This document shows, one piece after another, positions 60,437 through 64,000 of a stretch of DNA of 64,000 nucleotides. Both the position numbers and the translations under genes were made by a program. Below the pieces are notes generated by a model. It ran no database searches. It worked only from the letters and a program-made list of their open reading frames with translations, and had not been told where the DNA came from. Source of the DNA: an uncultured Clostridium sp. (lineage in GTDB: Bacteria; Bacillota; Clostridia; TANB77; CAG-508); NCBI GenBank assembly GCA_948465565.1, contig CAOJXR010000008.1, positions 778 to 64,777 of the forward strand. Direction: 5' to 3'. How positions within the stretch are numbered: the stretch's first letter is position 1; each line of letters begins with the position of its first letter.

Positions 60437-60466
60437 ATTATATCATTATTCTGGGGCGTTATTCAA
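60437..60466 (-). promoter_or_regulatory. putative ssrA promoter
   Basis: TTGAAT, 18 nt, TATAAT, ending about 13 nt upstream of the mature tmRNA 5' end. Confidence 0.5.
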
Positions 60467-60489
60467 TAGGTTTTTTTGGAATTATTTAT

Positions 60490-60553
60490 AATAGAGCAAT
60501 AAAAAATAGATAACTGGTTTTGAAATTAGTTATCTATTTTTTATTGCTCTATT
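60490..60553. terminator. 26-bp perfect inverted repeat (terminator after the hemolysin-III gene, insulating ssrA)
   Basis: AATAGAGCAATAAAAAATAGATAACT, a 12-nt loop, then AGTTATCTATTTTTTATTGCTCTATT. The right arm abuts the stop codon of the upstream gene. Confidence 0.75.
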
Positions 60554-61220
60554 ACATGAAAATCAAGTATTTGAATATGAACCAGAATTGGCAAAAGCTT
60601 CCTAGCATTACAAATATGTGAAAAATCTCGTGAAAGCCAACATATTTTGTATTTATCTTTGGCCATTTTAATCCATATATTAATCCACCAATTGTATAGA
60701 ATATTCCACCTGCTAGTAACCAACCTAGTGCTTCCATTCCTTTTGGAATTGCTGAAAATATGTTTATCATTGGAAATGCCGCAATTATTACCATCCAACC
60801 CATTGCTATATATATGCTTGTTGTTAGCCATCTTGGTGCATCTAGCCATACTGCTGTTAGAATTGTTCCAAGAATTGCTAATCCCCAAACTATTCCGAAT
60901 ATTGACCAGCCCCATCCTCCTCTTAATGGTCCTAAGCATATTGGTGTATATGTTGCTGCAATTAAAATATATATCATTATATGATCAAACTTTCTAAATA
61001 CTCTTGTTCCTTTTTCTTTTAAATTTAATAAGTGATATAAACTGCTAAATGTGTATAATAATATAAGCCCTGTTCCAAATATTGTACAAGAAACTATGTC
61101 CCAAGCCTTTTCATTGCTATATATCGCACAGTAGATTATCATTAAAACTAAACCTAAAACAGATAATACTGCACCTAAAAGATGGGTGAATCCACTTACT
61201 GGGTCTTTAACTTTCTTCAT
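60552..61220 (-). CDS. hemolysin III / PAQR family channel protein
   Basis: 7 TM with conserved SSLYHL, DHIMIY and HEIFHIFV motifs. Confidence 0.9.
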   Translation of the reverse strand: MKKVKDPVSGFTHLLGAVLSVLGLVLMIIYCAIYSNEKAWDIVSCTIFGTGLILLYTFSSLYHLLNLKEKGTRVFRKFDHIMIYILIAATYTPICLGPLRGGWGWSIFGIVWGLAILGTILTAVWLDAPRWLTTSIYIAMGWMVIIAAFPMINIFSAIPKGMEALGWLLAGGIFYTIGGLIYGLKWPKINTKYVGFHEIFHIFVMLGSFCQFWFIFKYLIFM

Positions 61221-61278
61221 AGTTACTCCTTTCTTTATCTAGTTTTCAATACTAGATTATCACTTATCAATTACTTTG

Positions 61279-61776
61279 TCAATCAAAATACTTACTTATT
61301 TTTTCTAAATTACCAAAGTTACATTGTCTAAATATATCATAAGCTACTATTGCTACTGAGTTTGATAGATTTAATGACCTTATTGTTTCCCTCATTGGAA
61401 TTCTTATAGTTTTATCCAAATATTTTTTTAAAGTATCTTCAGGTAATCCTTTTGTTTCTTTTCCAAATAATATGAAAACTTCATCCATTTCTGAATAATC
61501 AACATCTGAATATACATGTTGTCCTTTTGTTGTTACAAAATACATATTATTATTTTCTGGTTTGTATTTTTCTAAGAATTTGCTAAAAGAATCATGTTCT
61601 TCAATTTCTAATTTATCCCAATAATCTAGTCCAGCTCTTTTTACTTGTTTTTCTGAAATATCGAAACCTAAAGGATGTACTAAGTGCAACTTTGCTCCTA
61701 TTGCAGCACACGTTCTTGCAATATTTCCTGTATTTTGTGGTATTTCTGGCTCTACTAATACTACATGCATTTTCAT
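61279..61776 (-). CDS. trmL: tRNA (cytidine/uridine-34 2'-O)-methyltransferase TrmL (SpoU family)
   Basis: VVLVEPEIPQNTGNIARTCAA and the C-terminal SLNLSNSVAIVAYD knot motif. It ends with TGA. Confidence 0.9.
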   Translation of the reverse strand: MKMHVVLVEPEIPQNTGNIARTCAAIGAKLHLVHPLGFDISEKQVKRAGLDYWDKLEIEEHDSFSKFLEKYKPENNNMYFVTTKGQHVYSDVDYSEMDEVFILFGKETKGLPEDTLKKYLDKTIRIPMRETIRSLNLSNSVAIVAYDIFRQCNFGNLEKISKYFD

Positions 61777-61839
61777 AAAAACTTCCTCCTTTACAAAAGC
61801 AAATCCCCTTTATTTAGGGGATTTCTCTTTTAATATATT

Positions 61840-62439
61840 CTAAGCATTTACTACTTCTTTCTTTTTTGATATTAACATGTATTCAACTGGTATCATAACT
61901 ATAAACACAAGACAATCAAATACGTATATATTTGCTAATTTTAAGAAATCATCTAAAAACTCAACCATTTCTCTTTCATCTTTTGAAATGCTCTTGTCAT
62001 CTAAATATTCCTGTATATCTTTTCTTGCTTCTTTTAGTTCTTCCATCGTCATATCTGAATCTTCTAAAGATGTATCTACTATATAATTTTTAATTGCTCC
62101 ATGAATTGCTCCCATTAATACTGCCATAATTACTAATACTACAGCAACACTTATGAAGAAACCTTTTTTGTTTTCTTCTGTTATAGCACATTTTTTCTTT
62201 ACTCCTCTTGTTGCCAATAGTGCTGGTATAATTCCTGCTGCGATATTTACAATAATTAGTTTTGTTACTAATCCCTTAATCGCTCTAGATAGTTCAACAT
62301 AGTCATTTCCTATCTCTTCTGTTTGTGTGGCAAACATCATTAATACAGCAAATCCAATAATTAAATCAATTACTATAAACCACAAAACTATCTTAGTAAT
62401 GAATTTTATAGTCATTTTTGCTAAACTTTTTTCTTCCAT
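61840..62439 (-). CDS. hypothetical membrane protein
   Basis: 199 aa with about 4 TM helices and an acidic loop. No motif. Confidence 0.5.
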   Translation of the reverse strand: MEEKSLAKMTIKFITKIVLWFIVIDLIIGFAVLMMFATQTEEIGNDYVELSRAIKGLVTKLIIVNIAAGIIPALLATRGVKKKCAITEENKKGFFISVAVVLVIMAVLMGAIHGAIKNYIVDTSLEDSDMTMEELKEARKDIQEYLDDKSISKDEREMVEFLDDFLKLANIYVFDCLVFIVMIPVEYMLISKKKEVVNA

Positions 62440-62535
62440 ATTAGTTCTCCTTTGTTTTTATTTTGATAATATTCTATACTTAATTTTATATATATGCAAT
62501 ATTTAATTTATTTTTGTATTATTTTATTAAATACC

Positions 62536-62573
62536 AAAGGCGAGTCATGACAAATGTCACGACTCGCCTTTTT
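62536..62573. terminator. G+C-rich hairpin terminator at the edge of G+C-rich islet 2
   Basis: AAAGGCGAGTCATG/CACGACTCGCCTTT stem (one mismatch), followed by TTTTT on the + strand. Confidence 0.6.
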
Positions 62574-62638
62574 CGCTGGTTTTAGAAGTGTTTATCCATT
62601 TTCTTGCTTAGAATCTTCGTGCTATGCTTTTCGCTATG

Positions 62639-63229
62639 TCACCAATCCATGCACGCCAGTTCGAAGATATTTTGGCTCGCCGAGTTATCTTCGAAATACG
62701 CTACAAATGGTGCAAGAATTGCCCACGCGGCGGGAATCAAAATTTTGCCGAACATCGGTATTTCAGGGTTAATTGCTATTGTTATAGCAAACGCAATCCA
62801 TGGAATACAAGCAGTCGTAGCCTGCAATATGTATTCTATTTCTCCATGTGTTACGAAGCCTGCGTAATACCGTATTGCGATGCACGCTGCTGTGACTGTC
62901 ACTGGGATACTTAAAAGGATAAGGCTGAGTGTAATGTTCACCATACATCCCAATACAAATACGGCGATGGCAATCATAAGATAACATATTGCCACCATCA
63001 GCTCCCCAGTTTTTCTTTCTGCTGTTCCCTTCGCCCAGGCGCATACAATAACATCTACCACATATCCCAGAAGGATAACAGTAAACACATTTGCGATGCC
63101 CCCTGGCCGCCTGGCATGCAGGTATGCACATTCTGCAAAGATGATTGTAAAAAACGTATAGAACGAAATCAAATCATCTGCGAATAGGTACGATACCCCC
63201 ATGCTCCATTTTTGCAATAGAGTTTTCAC
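62639..63229 (-). CDS. hypothetical polytopic membrane protein encoded in a G+C-rich islet
   Basis: 196 aa with about 6 TM. GTG start follows AAGGAGG. Codon usage and G+C are unlike the rest of the window. No family recognised. Confidence 0.6.
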   Translation of the reverse strand: MKTLLQKWSMGVSYLFADDLISFYTFFTIIFAECAYLHARRPGGIANVFTVILLGYVVDVIVCAWAKGTAERKTGELMVAICYLMIAIAVFVLGCMVNITLSLILLSIPVTVTAACIAIRYYAGFVTHGEIEYILQATTACIPWIAFAITIAINPEIPMFGKILIPAAWAILAPFVAYFEDNSASQNIFELACMDW

Positions 63230-63353
63230 TTCTACCTTGCCTCCTTAAAATATTCATTTTCCTAACGTTGCATCTATATACACCTGTAAAACAGGATTAT
63301 AAGGGTTTTGCTTTTTAATTATAATAGGCTTTTTAAGCATTGTCAATTACCCC

Positions 63354-64000
63354 TCAGACCGTTTGCTCACAATTATTATTCATTTCTTCTTTTTTCGTAA
63401 TTACATTACTTAAAACTAATTTATATAATTTTATACTTACTAATATTTCTATAATTGATAAAGCAAATAATATAGCTATTACTGTAATCATAGGATTGTC
63501 TAGCAAAATCAATGTAAAAGCTAAACTTATTATTGCTCTTCCAACTTTTCTAGCCAGTTCCATTGTTGTTAATAAAGTAGCTTGTCCTTCTTGATTTATA
63601 TTTCTTAATGCCAAATCTTGCATATATACCTTAAAAGGATCTCTAATAAACAGTATAATTATATATCCAAAACTCATAATACTAAATTTCACTATTATAA
63701 AGTCTTCAACAAGTGATCCCAATATCATAAGTCCACAAGATATTGATAATAATATTGGTAAGATGACTCCAACTTTATCTTTATATTTTTCATGAATCTT
63801 GTTAAATAGCATATTTGAAATAACTCTTACAATTCTTGAAATGCTTAGTATCGCTCCAATAATTATTGCTGTTTTCTCTACATCAAAATTTTGTAATAGC
63901 TCTTGTTGTATAAATAGTTTTCCATTTGATTGTCCTGAATTTACAATTGGAAAGAATAATCCATATGAAATTAGTGCAAAAATTATTATTTTACTATATT
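63354..64000 (-). CDS. MFS-type transporter, C-terminal part (gene continues past the right edge)
   Basis: The frame is open from 63354 to the window end, upstream of the ORF-track Met at 63812. It consists of serial TM helices. The last few codons (NCEQTV*) fall in the G+C-richer junction sequence. Confidence 0.6.
   Translation of the reverse strand, partial: YSKIIIFALISYGLFFPIVNSGQSNGKLFIQQELLQNFDVEKTAIIIGAILSISRIVRVISNMLFNKIHEKYKDKVGVILPILLSISCGLMILGSLVEDFIIVKFSIMSFGYIIILFIRDPFKVYMQDLALRNINQEGQATLLTTMELARKVGRAIISLAFTLILLDNPMITVIAILFALSIIEILVSIKLYKLVLSNVITKKEEMNNNCEQTV

Noticed and set aside
60021-60491. Two 60-aa + strand ORFs (60021..60203, 60309..60491)
   Set aside because: They are antisense to, or overlap, the tmRNA gene and its promoter. 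Both tmRNA termini are unambiguous.
60541-60939. 132-aa ORF overlapping the hemolysin III gene in another frame
   Set aside because: It is an alternate frame of a gene whose PAQR motifs are clear, with no independent support.
62554-63131. Several overlapping ORFs on both strands inside G+C-rich islet 2
   Set aside because: High G+C suppresses stop codons in all frames. Only 62639..63229 has an RBS (AAGGAGG), a coherent TM-helix pattern and a downstream terminator.
1-64000. Stop-codon reassignment (code 4/25 or similar) as the explanation for the in-frame stops
   Set aside because: The interrupting codons include TAA, TAG and TGA. TGA also terminates trmL (61279) at its natural C-terminus, and TAA ends most genes. 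Recoding cannot explain the accompanying frameshifts.
1-64000. CRISPR arrays, rRNA or tRNA genes, transposases or integrases
   Set aside because: I scanned for regularly spaced direct repeats, tRNA T-arm (GGTTCGAATCC-like) signatures and recombinase motifs. Only the tmRNA T-arm was found.

Overview
Very AT-rich chromosomal segment from a spore-forming, Clostridia-like Firmicute (spoVT present; standard genetic code). Almost all genes are on the minus strand. The core is a complete S10-spc-alpha ribosomal cluster (rpsJ to rplQ, 10.2-26.5 kb) that lacks rpmD. Housekeeping genes flank it: a short alaS, asnS, pheST with a T-box leader, ruvA-rarA, rluB/rluD, trmL and ssrA (tmRNA). The accessory content includes two or three tandem sortase-like genes, a solitary KAP P-loop NTPase and an orphan replication-relaxation-like gene. 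It also includes an ECF sigma/anti-sigma pair, a cluster of membrane-anchored extracytoplasmic proteins, and two small islands of much higher G+C. The most interesting locus is a tight four-gene operon directly upstream of the S10 promoter: a Cmk-like kinase (decayed), a radical SAM enzyme, a CYTH-like protein and a PHP phosphoesterase. A small alarmone synthetase and a metallophosphoesterase sit next to it. I read the operon as a candidate viperin-type nucleotide-modifying module with undescribed accessory genes; this is a hypothesis from motifs and gene context only. A second theme is an unusual number of ORF-disrupting lesions, both frameshifts and in-frame TAA/TAG/TGA stops. These affect recD2, cmk-like, a metallophosphoesterase, feoA, an ECF sigma, possibly a TauE/TSUP permease and a DUF218 gene. 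No lesion lies in the translation genes. No CRISPR array, rRNA or tRNA gene was seen.
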